From assembly GCF_009914755.1 (NCBI RefSeq), contig NC_060929.1: 64,000 nucleotides of DNA. One strand, written 5' to 3'. Below, one piece after another: positions 27,471-40,745 of the stretch (its first letter is position 1; the number at the start of each line of letters is the position of its first letter). Both the position numbers and the translations under genes were made by a program. The stretch comes from the human T2T-CHM13v2.0 reference genome, Homo sapiens. The notes under the pieces are model-generated. The model was not told where the DNA came from and did not search any database. It worked only from the letters and a program-made list of their open reading frames with translations.

Positions 27471-30400
27471 ACCATCAATCAAAGATAGGACTTAGCGAGT
27501 GAGTCTTTGGACCACATAAAAGTTAACTCAAAATGTACAAAACACACACACAAATGTGTCATTGTAAGTGAAAGAGCCATCATGGTACTTATAACAATAG
27601 TACAATACAGTATTTCTTTGGATTTCAGGGGGGTCTTGATTCTGAAGGCAGGTTGTTTTCATAATAAAGATGTCATGATGTCTTGAATTGGGCTAGTTTA
27701 GCTAAGCCCAGATCAAATGAAGAAAAAGAAACTAGTCGAGATCATTATCTTTACCACTTGCTCTGGAATGTGTTTCTCAAATATGTATTTAGATGAATGC
27801 ATGGCTGTCGTAACACACTCCCACAATTACCTACATACCAAAGTAACTTCCCGTCTCCCCATCACCCCAGTGCCCTTTTCTCCCATATATTTTAAAGTGA
27901 TAAGGCTCAATGTAAACTTCCTCCTTCCCAAACGTTTAGGGCAGTTCCTGCCAAAGTGCCCCATTCTACAAAGTGATTTAGTACTTTAACCTTGCTCCAG
28001 ACACTCTGACATCTCTGTTTAGTCTCTGGTGTAAAAAGGTTCGTCTCTCATATTTCTTGAGGTTGGGGAAAGGAAATGGTCACAGAGTTTAGGTGAGGGT
28101 GGGAAAGTGATGCCCTGCTCATTTGGGGTTTTGTCTTCCAGAGTTCTTCCTCCATTTTCCTGATGCCACCAGTATTAAGGCCATTGTGTGTGAACAGATT
28201 GCACACATCTGTCCTGCTGTTGCCCTGATGACAGTGTACTGCCTTGTTCCTGGTGGTCTCATTTGTTTTACAAGCTAGGGTACCTGGAACAGAGGTGGTC
28301 AAGTAACTCTGTGTGGGACTTCGATCCTCCTTTAAGGGAAGGACCTACATGGAGATGTGATTAATGAATATACCTCCCTTACCTTTCTTGGCTGAAAGAA
28401 TAGCAGCTGTTACTTTATTCTCTTTCAAAGGATAAGGGCCAATATGCAGAGGTGAGTGAGGCCTCTCATTTGATGATTGAATCTCCTTCTGTGCTTTTTG
28501 GGAAAAAATGCCTTGATGGTTGTCTTCAGCTATTTAGAATTAGAAAGTATGAAGAAAATGTTTTCATATTGGTTTTTACTTTAAACATTTTTTAAAAACC
28601 TATGAACTTTATTTTCTAGAGTCGACAGCCCTGTAGCCGTGGGTATTGGGATAACTTTCCCTATCCCTCTCCCTATGGTGTGAGAAGGGACATTAAACCT
28701 CATCCTTTGTTTGCCACTTTGGTTTCCAGTGCTCTGCCTTGACCACTTAGCACTCTCTCCGAATAGCTGTAGGTCGAGAATAGTGGGCAGGAGCATCAGA
28801 GAAGAGTTGGCGTGAGAACGGAACAGCACCACAAAATAGAAGGCGAGAGGGAAAAAAGCATCTCGGAGGAAGAAAATACTGCCGCCTGGTACTCCCTGGT
28901 ACCCAGAGATATCCGGCGTATTGTGCTTACACTACTCGCCGGTTCCACAGGGAGAGAGCCGGAAGAATTGCAGGCTTTGGTGGTGACAAGTTCAGGCACT
29001 CATGGGAAAGAGAGTGGGCCCCTTTCTGAGAGAAATCATTTTGAGCACAGCCAAGCCAAGATATTTTGAGATGTGATTCAGACCTGAGAATGAAACTGCG
29101 GGGGGATGGGATACTTCGGTTGGGAACAGATTAGCCCATTTTTAACATAGTTGAAATGTTGAAGTGGTGCCATCCTAACAAATGAATACTTAGCCCCGGG
29201 TTTCGAGAAAGTGGCCAAGGATAAAAGAGGCTAAGTGCATGGCATCAAAGCCAAAGCTGGCCTCCTTATCTGTGGGAGCTGCAGTTGGTTTTCTCAGAGG
29301 CAGAAAGTACACTGAACCTAGTTACATAAGACCCGAGTTCAAGTTCCCACTCCATTCCACTTGGTGTTAAGTCCTTTAAACTGTTACTTAACTGCTTTAT
29401 AATCTGCATTATAGGTTGTTAAAAATAAGAACATATGAAATACTAAGGGCTTATAATGAAAATTATAAGTGATACGATTCAAATACGAATGAAATTATAA
29501 ATTGAAGGTCATGGCTTCAATTTCCACTTAAGCTAATTACCTTTGTATTAAGATTTTTGAGCAAACCCAACCAGTTATCTGGCAATCGTAGACACCATTT
29601 TAATCAGTACTTTACCTTCTAAATATGCAAATATTTAGAGTTCACACAAACTCTAAATATGTTCATGTGAACAGGGCCACTACCTGAATATTAAACCACC
29701 ATTAGAATCTGATACTCGTCATTGAAATACAGCATAACCTTTTAATACATTTGTGGAAACACCATTTTAAATTGTTAAAAAAAAAAAAAAACTCAATTAA
29801 CTGTAATTGGATTACACTATAATTGGATTTTAGTGGGATTGGGGAGGATAAAGAATGAAGAAAAGTGAAGATACAGCTAATAAAACAGAAGAGCTCATAT
29901 TAATATAGATAATTTAATCTTTTGAGAGTTTTTTGTCTTTTCCAATAGTTTTTCAGCCCAAAAAGCATGGAACTGTGTTCCATTAGCTACAGCCTTTAGG
30001 AAAACCTTAAAAGTCATGCCTCCTTTTTTCTCTAGGATGACACCTTGCCTGAGGCAGACTTTGAAGATGTTCTGAAAATGAGGGAAAGAGGGATATTTAG
30101 CATGAGATGAGGCATCTCAGACCTGTGGGACAAAGTAGAGGAAGACAGGGTACAAGAATGAGAACTGTGCCATGATAATTTTTAAAAATTCTTTGATTGG
30201 ATGAGATGAAATAATAGCAGAGAAACTATTTGAGAACCTTATAAGCCAATGTCTACTTTAAATGCAAATTGAAGATAGATCACCAGGTGATCAGAATAAT
30301 AGCTTAAATTGTACATTAAAACATCAAAAAAGAATCCCAAATACATATATAAAATAATTCTTTTGAAAGAATTTAACGGCAGTTAATCTGTGTGTGAATC

Positions 30401-30847
30401 ACCAGAGTGCTTGAACTTGAGGTAAACTTAGATTATCCTGCCAGAAAAATGTTTTAAGTATTTATTTACACACACATGCACACAGGCACACTCACACACG
30501 CACTACTCACACTCATAGCTTCCCCAACTAACAGTAACCTAGGAAACAATCTGATTGCACTTTTGGACCATTAGAGAACAGTATTGATTTGGCCATGTGA
30601 AATCAACTCTTGGGGCAGAAAATGAGTGACTGCATGTTCACTGACACTGCTGATGCCTCACCATTCTAGCCTCGGCCTTTTCCCTTCACCTTGTGAGATT
30701 TGGGGCCAGGTTCTCACAACATGTACGAAATCCCATGGCTGGGTGGGATAAGGGTAGGGGAGTATAAAGGAAATGCTGTTCCCATTGTTTTCCACTGGAG
30801 AATTCCCTGGACTGACTTCCTGAAAATCTTCTGTTTGCCTCCACCAG

Positions 30848-31052
30848 GAATGGCGGCGCTAGATAGTAAGGCATCAGGGAAGATGGGAATGCGAGCTGTA
30901 GTCTATTATATGACTACCACCATCATTGCTGTGGTGATTGGCATAATCATTGTCATCATCATCCATCCTGGGAAGGGCACAAAGGAAAACATGCACAGAG
31001 AAGGCAAAATTGTACGAGTGACAGCTGCAGATGCCTTCCTGGACTTGATCAG
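30848..31052 (+). CDS. SLC1A3: SLC1A3 (EAAT1/GLAST) coding exon 4, 205 bp
   Basis: Acceptor tttgcctccaccag|GA and donor ATCAG|gtatgt. Translates [69 protein letters not shown], recognised as EAAT1 TM3 region. Exon number from recalled gene structure. Confidence 0.97.
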
Positions 31053-33867
31053 GTATGTCCTTGCAAGCCCGTCCTTTGGGGTGTATTTTCGCCATCCAGA
31101 CCCTCTTACTGGTTACTATTCAAACCCTGGAAGGGGTGTGTGACTGAACCAGCCTTGCCAGGCTTGAAATGAAGGTCATATATCTTTACCTCTTTCTTAT
31201 AGAAATTGAAGAAAGGATCCATTTTCTGATCTTGTATGAGAGAGGCGAAAAGAGCAAGGAGAGGATATGGATTTTGAGAGCCTTGCTTTTCGGATTCAGA
31301 ATCTGGTCACTGACCTCTCTCAACTATGCAGCTCACCTTGGAATTTTAATAATTCTTAACCTATTTTTCTTAACTGCTGTTCTTTAAGGCTAATTTTTAT
31401 TCAAGTATGCCCTATTCTTTGGACCCTTCTGATTTTGAACTTGTGATCAGTATCATTGCCCACTATGCACAACGCATTATACACAGTTTGGTTCCAGAGG
31501 GACTTTAGAGATCATCTTGTCAAACCTGTCCCAAGGTTTTCCTTTCATAATGTTTATGGAGAAAGAATTTGGCAGGTCTGTAATAAAAGAATAAAGGATG
31601 GCTTCTTTAGCATTGTTTTACATACAAACCATACGTTGATTACAAATGAGTTTTATCTACTACTTGAAGCAGACTTGGTAATAGAGTCAGCCTTATGTAG
31701 AACTGTGAAGTAAGCCAAAATCCAATCCCAGCACCTTCCTGCTTCCTCTCCCCTACACACCTGCCCTTGCTCAGTCAGGTCCTGGCAGGAAGCATACCAC
31801 ATACTCTAAAGGAACCTTGAAGAAGGTTTGCCAAGGTGCGGGCAGCCTTAAAGGAACCTACAAACGATGGTAAGGCCTCAAAGCCCTAACAGTAAGAAAC
31901 TATTTTGTTAACACCCTTAGCTATGAAGGAGCAAAGGGAACCCAGAAAGAGCTATAGCCTCGGGAGGGAAGGGCCTCAGGAGCCCTAAATGGAGGAAGGG
32001 AGCTGCCACAAAATCTGTCAAAGAGAGCTCTGGGAGAATATAGACTCCCTCTGCCCTGTGATCTGTCAGTGCATGTCACTAGACAAACCTAATAGGAGTA
32101 GGAAGCCAGAGGGCAAGAGAACCCATGTGTTGTGGTCCATAGAGGCCTGGATCCCAGGGCATAGACAGAGTGGAGAGTGAATCTAGAATGACAAAGGAAA
32201 GATATCTCAGCATAGGCTCTAGATGCCCCATCTGCTCAGCATTCCCCCACTGTTTAGTCCCTCCCAGCCTGTCTTCCCAAAGACTAGCTCTTTCCTCCCA
32301 GCTTTTCAGCTAACTTACCTGCAGAGTGATTGGGCTGCCAATTATAGATACCTGTCTAAAGGGCCCATTCCCCATTGATCTTCTGAAGGAAATTCCTCTA
32401 TGCCATCTCAAGGAATGGGGCTGTGGCAGGTAAAGCCAAGAGAGATTTGGGGAGCAGAGGGTACCTTCAGCAGCACCTCTCAATTCCCACCATGGGTGAC
32501 TTTGCACCATCTCTATGTATGTAAACACTACCCAAGGGGCCTCTTCTTGAAAGTCCTTTTTCAGGGAGTTAATCACAATGATCTGCAGGTATCAAGCCAC
32601 CCTATAACATTATTTCATACCAAGTTGACATTCAATAGCTATGTTTTTATTTAGTTCATACAATTAATTAAGGCTTTTCACCATTTCTGCATGAACTTTA
32701 CCCTCAGATAGTTTAGATTAGAAGTATTTTATTATATTACATTTTCTTTCCCTGTAATTTTTATTCCTTGTTTGAAGAATTGGAATCTTGTCATCCCCAG
32801 TCTGGTTGATCCATCAGAAGACTGTGTTTCTGCCCTGCCTTGCTGCAGTGAAAAATGTATCCTGCCTACAACCAATCACTTGGTTTGAACATTTATCCTG
32901 GAATCTCCTGAATGCATATTTCTATCAAGGTTGATAGCAACAACCTCATAGAGCATAGATAGGAAGGAAAAGAAAACAGGATGATCTAGTAGGAAGAAAG
33001 GGACAAGCATTTATAATACTAAAATATAACTTTGATAACGTGCAACTGCTGGATTCTTGAGCCTGTGATAACTGCTGGATCATTTCTCCTTCTCCCATAG
33101 TCTTTCATCTTGGAGCTCTAATGATAGTTTAATCCAATCTCCTCTTTAAGAGATGAGTCAAATGAGACATAAATGGGTGCCATGACTTGGCCAGTGTCAC
33201 ACAGCTGATGACAGACTTCCCAGCCAGAGTGTTGTCCCTCACTCTACCCCCTACAAACACAAACAGTGCTTTGACAAAGTCTCTGAAGAAGTAACAAGTC
33301 CTGCCACATGGGCTTCAAGTTCAAATTTTGCAGGTCATCTCTCCATTGGCTACCAAAGAGTTGCAGAAGCTTTAGCAATTCAGTGCCAAAACCCCATTCC
33401 CCAGAACGCCTTTGGGAGGCTTTTCTGGAGAACAAAATTCCATAGGCTGACCATGGCTTTTGATTCAGAACATTTGGTTCCTAGACACATGGCACAATAA
33501 CCAAAATGACCACTGCTAAACAATACCTTAGTTAGCCAGAAAGCTAATGATAAAAGTCATTTCCAGTCTTACTTTGATTATTCCTAGTAGCAGGGTTTTT
33601 AATAATATAATGGCTGAGTGAAGAACCCCATTGGCTGACAAGAGGATAAATGAGTCAAGTTTGGACTCCCCTGAAAATATGAACTACATGGGCCACACTT
33701 AGGGAGGACCATATATTCTTTTCAAGCTGTAAAATCCACTAACATTTTTGTTTTTCCATTTGTTGCTTGGTTCAATGCAATCTTTACCTTACACACAATG
33801 AAACAGAATTTAAGGAGCAAACTTATTACTTGGAAAATTTTGCAAGTGACTATTACTTTCTTTGCAG

Positions 33868-33910
33868 GAACATGTTCCCTCCAAATCTGGTAGAAGCCTG
33901 CTTTAAACAG
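33868..33910 (+). CDS. SLC1A3: SLC1A3 exon 5, 43 bp
   Basis: Acceptor tttctttgcag|G, donor AAACAG|gtaaac. Encodes (R)NMFPPNLVEACFKQ. Phase matches exon 4 (AG|G). Confidence 0.96.
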
Positions 33911-36458
33911 GTAAACACTCTACAGACATTAACTTGCCTTTTAAATTCCTCTTTTCTATACCAAACCAAGTGGGACCCTCTTTTCCCTGCTCATTTCTCT
34001 GCTATAAGAAACACTTCTCTTGTCAACCAGATTAAAAACACTAGCGTTTTCTAGGAATTTTGGGGGGAAAGGATGGTTCTTACCTTGTATTGAAAGCTTA
34101 GTAGTTGTCAGACACAGTGTGTCTTGCATACAAATATCTCATTGAGTCTGCTATTGTTAAGAAGGCTAATCACAAGACCCCCCCTTCCTATCACCCAACT
34201 CCCCACTGGCAAAAGCCCACCAACCAAACAAACATCAATATAAAATATATTTATAACTTGCCTTAAAGAAGATTAGAGAGATTATTTAGATTTCTGGGTT
34301 TGATTTAAATATCAATGGACTGTTTTTTTTTTCAAGTCTACCAAGCACCTAATGGACTCTAAAGGAGAGCCAAAGCAGAAAGGAATGGCATCATCATTCA
34401 TGGAAATCCTGCTATATGCCAAGAACTAACATTATTTTTAGTCCTCACATAAATACTATAAATATCATTGTCTTCATTTCACTGATGGGGCAGCTCATCT
34501 ATAAGACTCAAAGCAATTATGTATCGTGCACAAATTCTCACAAGTAGTAAGTGGGAAGACTCGGAATTCAAATTCATTGTGTTGACTCCAAATTCTATCT
34601 GCTTTCTGCTACTCCATTCTGCTTCCATGAAAGGAATATTCAGGGCGATGAGACACCGACCTGGAGGCTATACTGAGGTCCAGCTCCTTTTAGCTCATAT
34701 ACAAGCAACTCTTGGCTCTGTGTTGCAGATACAAATACCTTTTACCATTAGAAGATAAAAGCTCACTTTAACCTCACTTGAATATAAGAGCTTTGTTGCC
34801 TAAAATATTAAAAGGAAAACAGACACTCTTGGTTAAATAATATTTCCCAAACATTTCTCCAGATGGTGTCAATTCACTCCTGTTGTAATTCCCTAACGCT
34901 TCTGCTTAGGATCTGTAAAACAAACCAAACAAAACCCCAACCTAGTAGAAGACTGGATTTTACACATATAAGTCTCCCTTTGTTTTTTTTCCCCTTGTAA
35001 TAATTTTTAAGACTATTTTTAATATGTAATGCATGCACACATTGAAACATTCAAACCAAATTCTTTCTTTAAAAAAAAAAAATAAGCCTGAGGCCAAAAT
35101 CTAACTTTCTTTGTTCAAAAACAACTATAACTATAAATAATAAGCGCCTTTCAATCCAACCAGCCAACTCTAGCACCATGGGGCTGACGATTCCAGTAAG
35201 TCAGCTGGCCCTGTGTGATATCAAAAATGCTGATTTCCAGATCCTTCAGATGGAAAAAGTGCTGACTTGTACAGATTGATTGTGTTTGATTTGGATTTGC
35301 ATTCACAGGATTTTGAAGGGAAAGAAAATGTTTCTCCCCAGGTCTAGTTGGCTTAGACCAGGATGCAAACAAGGTTGCAGTTTCTGTGCATGCTGCAAAC
35401 AGAGTCTAAGGGGAATGAGTTAGAGGCATAAGAAAGCCTGATCAGGATTGAAAATCTGCCCTGGACAATCCATAAAATGCATAAGGACCCAACGGAATAA
35501 AGAAATTTGAGAGTTGGTTGGAATAGATGAATGGGGCCAATTTTTTTGTTGCTTGAAATTACCAGTGCTACTAACTGTTCATGAATGTGTCCATAGTATT
35601 GACAGCTGGCCATGGCTTTGTTTGGGAGTAGTTGTTTCCCAGTGGATAAGAAACTTTTCCATTAACCCTTGGTAAAGAAATGACCAAGCACTTCATATAC
35701 AGCAGCACTTTCTTCCCCTAGACTCTAGATTCACTCACCATCACTCACCATTATTACTCTCACTGGTGCTTTCCCTACAATCACCATCAAGATCAGGAAT
35801 TCTATTCTCATTAAAATCACAGAGGGATGAGTTTACTTGTTTCATGTGGCCAGCATCTCCTGACTGGGGCATCTATGCAGAAACTGAATAGATGATGGGA
35901 AAAAGACCATCTCTTGAGTTAGAAGAGAAACCCCACTATAGACTTGGAGAAGATGAGCTGTCATCACCAACTATTAATCAGGCACCTATTCTTAAGAACT
36001 AATAACATCAAGAATGGCTTGGAAACAGCTTGTTTAGGGATTTTTAATTTGTAATACCCACTGAAATCTCTAAACAGGTCTAATCCCTGAAGGGCTTTTT
36101 CATTGAGCACCATTAGCAGAAATTAGTACAATACTTTAAAATTTGCAAGATGTTCTCCTATATTCTGTTTAATTTGATTATCACAACAACACTGTGAGGT
36201 AGAACCAGCACAACTGTTCTTGTTTCACAGCTGTAGAATGTGAGAGAAAGGATACCAGGTGATTTATCTATTATACCATAGCACGATCCCCACAGAAAAG
36301 AAAAGGACTATTGTGAATATTTGGGTTTATGGTTTTAAAAAAATCCCATTATAGTCATTTTATTAGGGTTTCAGAAGAAAGCAAAAGCACATGCATGTGT
36401 TTAGTCCAGCATCTTTAGCTGGATATCTCTTTCCTGTTATCATTTGTTATGTATTTGA

Positions 36459-36486
36459 GTGTGTGTATGTGTGTGTGTGTGTGTGT
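36459..36486. repeat. (TG)n microsatellite
   Basis: Directly visible, ~220 nt upstream of exon 6. Confidence 0.9.
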
Positions 36487-36708
36487 CATGATTTGTATGT
36501 ATTTCAGTATGTGTTTCTGTCTGTCTGTGTTGAGAAACTAGTAGGGGTTTGCCACAGATTAAAGAGAGAGAGAGACTTTCTATAACACTCATCTCTGAAT
36601 ACAAAGTAACAGAGTAACAGTAATCATTTTAGAAAATTTGACAATAGGAAAATATAAAGAAAAAAATAAAAATCACCTTTAATCCTCGTTGTGCTTTTTA
36701 TTTTTAAG

Positions 36709-37001
36709 TTTAAAACCAACTATGAGAAGAGAAGCTTTAAAGTGCCCATCCAGGCCAACGAAACGCTTGTGGGTGCTGTGATAAACAATGTGTCTGAGGC
36801 CATGGAGACTCTTACCCGAATCACAGAGGAGCTGGTCCCAGTTCCAGGATCTGTGAATGGAGTCAATGCCCTGGGTCTAGTTGTCTTCTCCATGTGCTTC
36901 GGTTTTGTGATTGGAAACATGAAGGAACAGGGGCAGGCCCTGAGAGAGTTCTTTGATTCTCTTAACGAAGCCATCATGAGACTGGTAGCAGTAATAATGT
37001 G
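36709..37001 (+). CDS. SLC1A3: SLC1A3 exon 6, 293 bp
   Basis: Acceptor ttttatttttaag|TTT, donor ATGTG|gtatgt. Encodes [32 protein letters not shown]...[13 protein letters not shown]...[12 protein letters not shown], including N-glycosylation sequons NET and NVS. Confidence 0.96.
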
Positions 37002-37279
37002 GTATGTATTTCCATTTTCTATATATGTTATATACGAGATGGTTATTGCCATCAACATGTGTTCTGTACTGAGGAAGGTGCCACGAGGCAGGATGGCCAA
37101 TTGCAGTTATCTCACTCTGGTAAGCCCAGGAAAATCAATGAATCTCTGGGCCTCTAGAGGCCTTGAACCTATCTGCAAGCCTCTTCTAATAAGTTTGCTT
37201 CCTTGTTTTCAAAAGCTGTCACCTCCTTTTACCCCAGTGCTGATGGAATCTCATTCCTCATTTCTCCATTTTTTATCTA

Positions 37280-37645
37280 GTTTTTCATTCAAGACATAAT
37301 TATTGAGTGTCTACTATATGCTAAGCATATAGTGCCAGGCACTGTGGATATAGCAATAAAGAAAACATACAAGGATATTCCAGATCTTACACTCTTTTAA
37401 GGGAGACAGACAATAAACAAACAAATCAATCAACCATATGCTTTAGTCACAGGTGCTGTGGAAAAATAAAATAAAATTGCAGGTAACTAGGAGAAGGCAC
37501 AAAGTTTGCCTTGGATGGTGCAGAAAGGCCTCTGAGGAGGTGACGTACTTTGTTAAGACCTGAATGAACAGAGGAAGCAGTCATACCAAAGTGCCAGAAG
37601 AAGGGTGTTTCCAGTAAAGGGAAAAGCAAACGGAGAGGCCCCCTA
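37280..37645. mobile_element. LINE-2 3' fragment
   Basis: cattcaagacataattattgagtgtctactatatgc...gccaggcactgt..., ggcctctgaggaggtgac. Confidence 0.7.
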
Positions 37646-39443
37646 GGCCATCAGGAAAACTGAGGGCTCCTCATCTGTTTCAGCCCTAAGAAAGAAATGT
37701 AAATGGCAGTTCTGCTGCAATATCTAAAAGATTCACAGGAAGTATTACAAAATGCCAAGCCACAATTTATAACAAAATTTGCTTTAATAAAGTTGACAGC
37801 AGGAGACAAAGGAAGAGACTATAAATGCAAGAGGAACATTGACCTTGGAAAGTAAACTTTACCCAACGGGGAGAGAACGCTTTGATTGACCTAGGCTTTG
37901 TGTGGAGGTTGCTTCTCTTTCATTCTTTATTTTTAATCCAGTCTCCTCTGTGGTACCTGAGGCAGGAAAGCATCCATTGCTAAGAAAAGCACTCAGTCAC
38001 CAACATGATTAAAAATGCCCTTGTCTTTAATGCCAACAAAGCCCAGAGAAATCCATTTTTCAGGAATTTGTACAAGATGGATATGAACTTGGGCACAAAG
38101 ACAGATCAGAATGTGGTCTCCACAGGAGCCCCCACTTGGAAGGCTCCTTTGAAACCCTGGCAGGAATAAAAGTGGACATTTATCTTCATATTATTAAATG
38201 CCTCCACCTTTCACCTCTTTTATGAAAGAAGCCCATTCAAGGCCACTGAATGAACCTCACATGCAGCTTGTCTAGCTGTACATTCGCCTGCACATTCAAC
38301 GCTGAGTTATTATATTTCTGAAAACAGGTATTCCTATGATTTCCTGGCCTGGGTTCTTAAAGGACTTTTGAAAGAAGCATTGTATTTTTCGATTTGAAAC
38401 AAGTCCTCCATAGTTCCCAGGAGACCCTTCTTCTTAAGTGTGATTGGCTTCTCTGTGTTTGGTAATGTGAGTTTGGTTGTAGTTTGCTGCACATATGAAA
38501 CAAACAGAAGGGAAATCCAGGCAGCGAGGCCTTTAAGCAAACTCTAGGTTATTTCAACATGTAGAAATCATTTTGAGTCTCAGTTTATTGTCTGCAGAAG
38601 GAAAGCTCATAAATGGCAGTAGCAGCCTGTGGGGAATAATGACTTCATTAGAACACCTATAACCTGATTGCAGTAGTACATACATGCACATTATTAAGTT
38701 TAATAATGAATTTATTTTATGGACATCTTCTATTTATGGCAAGTGGTACTAGATTTCCATTTGTACTATAACATAGAATTTTCTCTTAAAGTAAATTTAC
38801 TTAAGTAAAAAAGGTGATCTGAAGAATAATACTAAGTAATCTTGTAAGTGGTATGAAGATATGGAAAGGCAATAATAAAAGTGGCCCTTGAATAAGAGAA
38901 CTGACTGCAAACCTGAGACACTGGTGTAGCATCGTGTGCCTCTTGCTTTAACTTGGGAATCAGGCTCTGATGTGGAAAATGCTTCCAAAAGTCTGGATAT
39001 TGGTACAGTGGATTCCGGCTGTTCAGGACACTTAGCAAGGGAGCAGGAGGCAGAGGGAGTGAGTGGCATCTGAGGACCAGAAAAGTGACCCCCATGTAGT
39101 GAAAGGAGGGCTGGCTAGGAAGACAGAGGTGGGTATCAAAAGCTCTGTATCTGCCTTTTCCCCCAGGTCTAAGAGAAAAACATTGTGTCCTAGAGCAATT
39201 CTCAGTGAGGGGAAAGCCCGATTCTGCAAGAATCAGGGGAAATTTATATTTACAAAAGAAAAAAAAGAAGTCCACAGTTTCTGTAAGAAAAGAAGTCCAC
39301 AGTTTCTGTAAGTCCTAATGGTATCCTGGGCAGGAAAGTTTGGCAGTCAACTCTCTTTTCCCTTTTTCTTATCACTTGGAAATTTCTGTGGACTAGCTTG
39401 GTGGAAACCAGACTCCAACCGTGCTGGTGTTGCTTCTCCCCAG

Positions 39444-39677
39444 GTATGCCCCCGTGGGTATTCTCTTCCTGATTGCTGGGAAGATTGTGGAGATGGAAGA
39501 CATGGGTGTGATTGGGGGGCAGCTTGCCATGTACACCGTGACTGTCATTGTTGGCTTACTCATTCACGCAGTCATCGTCTTGCCACTCCTCTACTTCTTG
39601 GTAACACGGAAAAACCCTTGGGTTTTTATTGGAGGGTTGCTGCAAGCACTCATCACCGCTCTGGGGACCTCTTCAAG
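39444..39677 (+). CDS. SLC1A3: SLC1A3 exon 7, 234 bp
   Basis: Acceptor cttctccccag|G, donor TCAAG|gtatgt. Encodes [21 protein letters not shown]...[13 protein letters not shown] (TM5-TM6 to HP1). Confidence 0.96.
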
Positions 39678-40110
39678 GTATGTATGTATGTGTGGAAAAT
39701 GAGTCTGAAATGTTACCTTGAACCAGGGCCCCTCAAGTAGGGTGTAGGAGAAGCCATTTTATTCTGAGTTTTAAACTTCCAAGAATGATGAGTTAGCTTT
39801 CTCATTTCTGATGTCAATCACACCTGTTTGGGATTCAGGAAATGCCTGGCTACATATCTTTTGTGGGGACAAATTGGAAATCAACTATCCTTTCCCGTCC
39901 ACTTCATCTCTCTTTAGTTGACATTTGCCTGAGGGAGAAGAGGCAGAGTGACTTGGCACAGGCTGTCGTGATGAGGGCATGATCACAAGTGATGCCTCAC
40001 AGAGGAACCCAGAAGCAGGAGAGCTGCCAAATGACCCCGTGAGGGGACCACACTGTTCTTAACCTGCTCCCCTATTTATACAATTGCTGACTTAGTTCCC
40101 TTTAAGTTAG

Positions 40111-40437
<327 letters not shown>

Positions 40438-40452
40438 TAAGAATGCCTTTAA

Positions 40453-40745
40453 GGCTGGGCGTGGTGGCTCACGCCTGTAATCCTAACACTTTGGGAGGCC
40501 AAGGCGGGTGGATCTCCTGAGGCCAGGAGTTCAAGACTAGCCTGGCAACATAGTGAAACCCTGTCTCCACTAAAAATACAAAAATTAGCCAGGCCTGGTG
40601 GCACGGGCCTGTGGTCCCAGCTACTTGGGAGGCTGAAGCAGGAGAATTGCTTGAACCCGGAGGCAGAGATTGCAGGGAGCTGAGATCATGCCACTGCACT
40701 CCAGCCTGGGGGACACAGCAAGACTCCATCTGAAAAAAAAAAAAA
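40453..40745 (+). mobile_element. AluS in intron 8
   Basis: Full-length Alu with a perfect 14-bp TSD aagaatgcctttaa (40439-40452, 40746-40759). Confidence 0.96.

Noticed and set aside
30700-31143. 147-aa ORF, and likewise 36691-37299, 40114-40440 and 43508-43816
   Set aside because: These are SLC1A3 exons extended into intron by chance open frames. The true boundaries are the splice sites.
32313-32321. Perfect minus-strand donor CAG|GTAAGT
   Set aside because: A single 9-mer can occur by chance in 64 kb. There is no independent support tying it to the antisense candidate.
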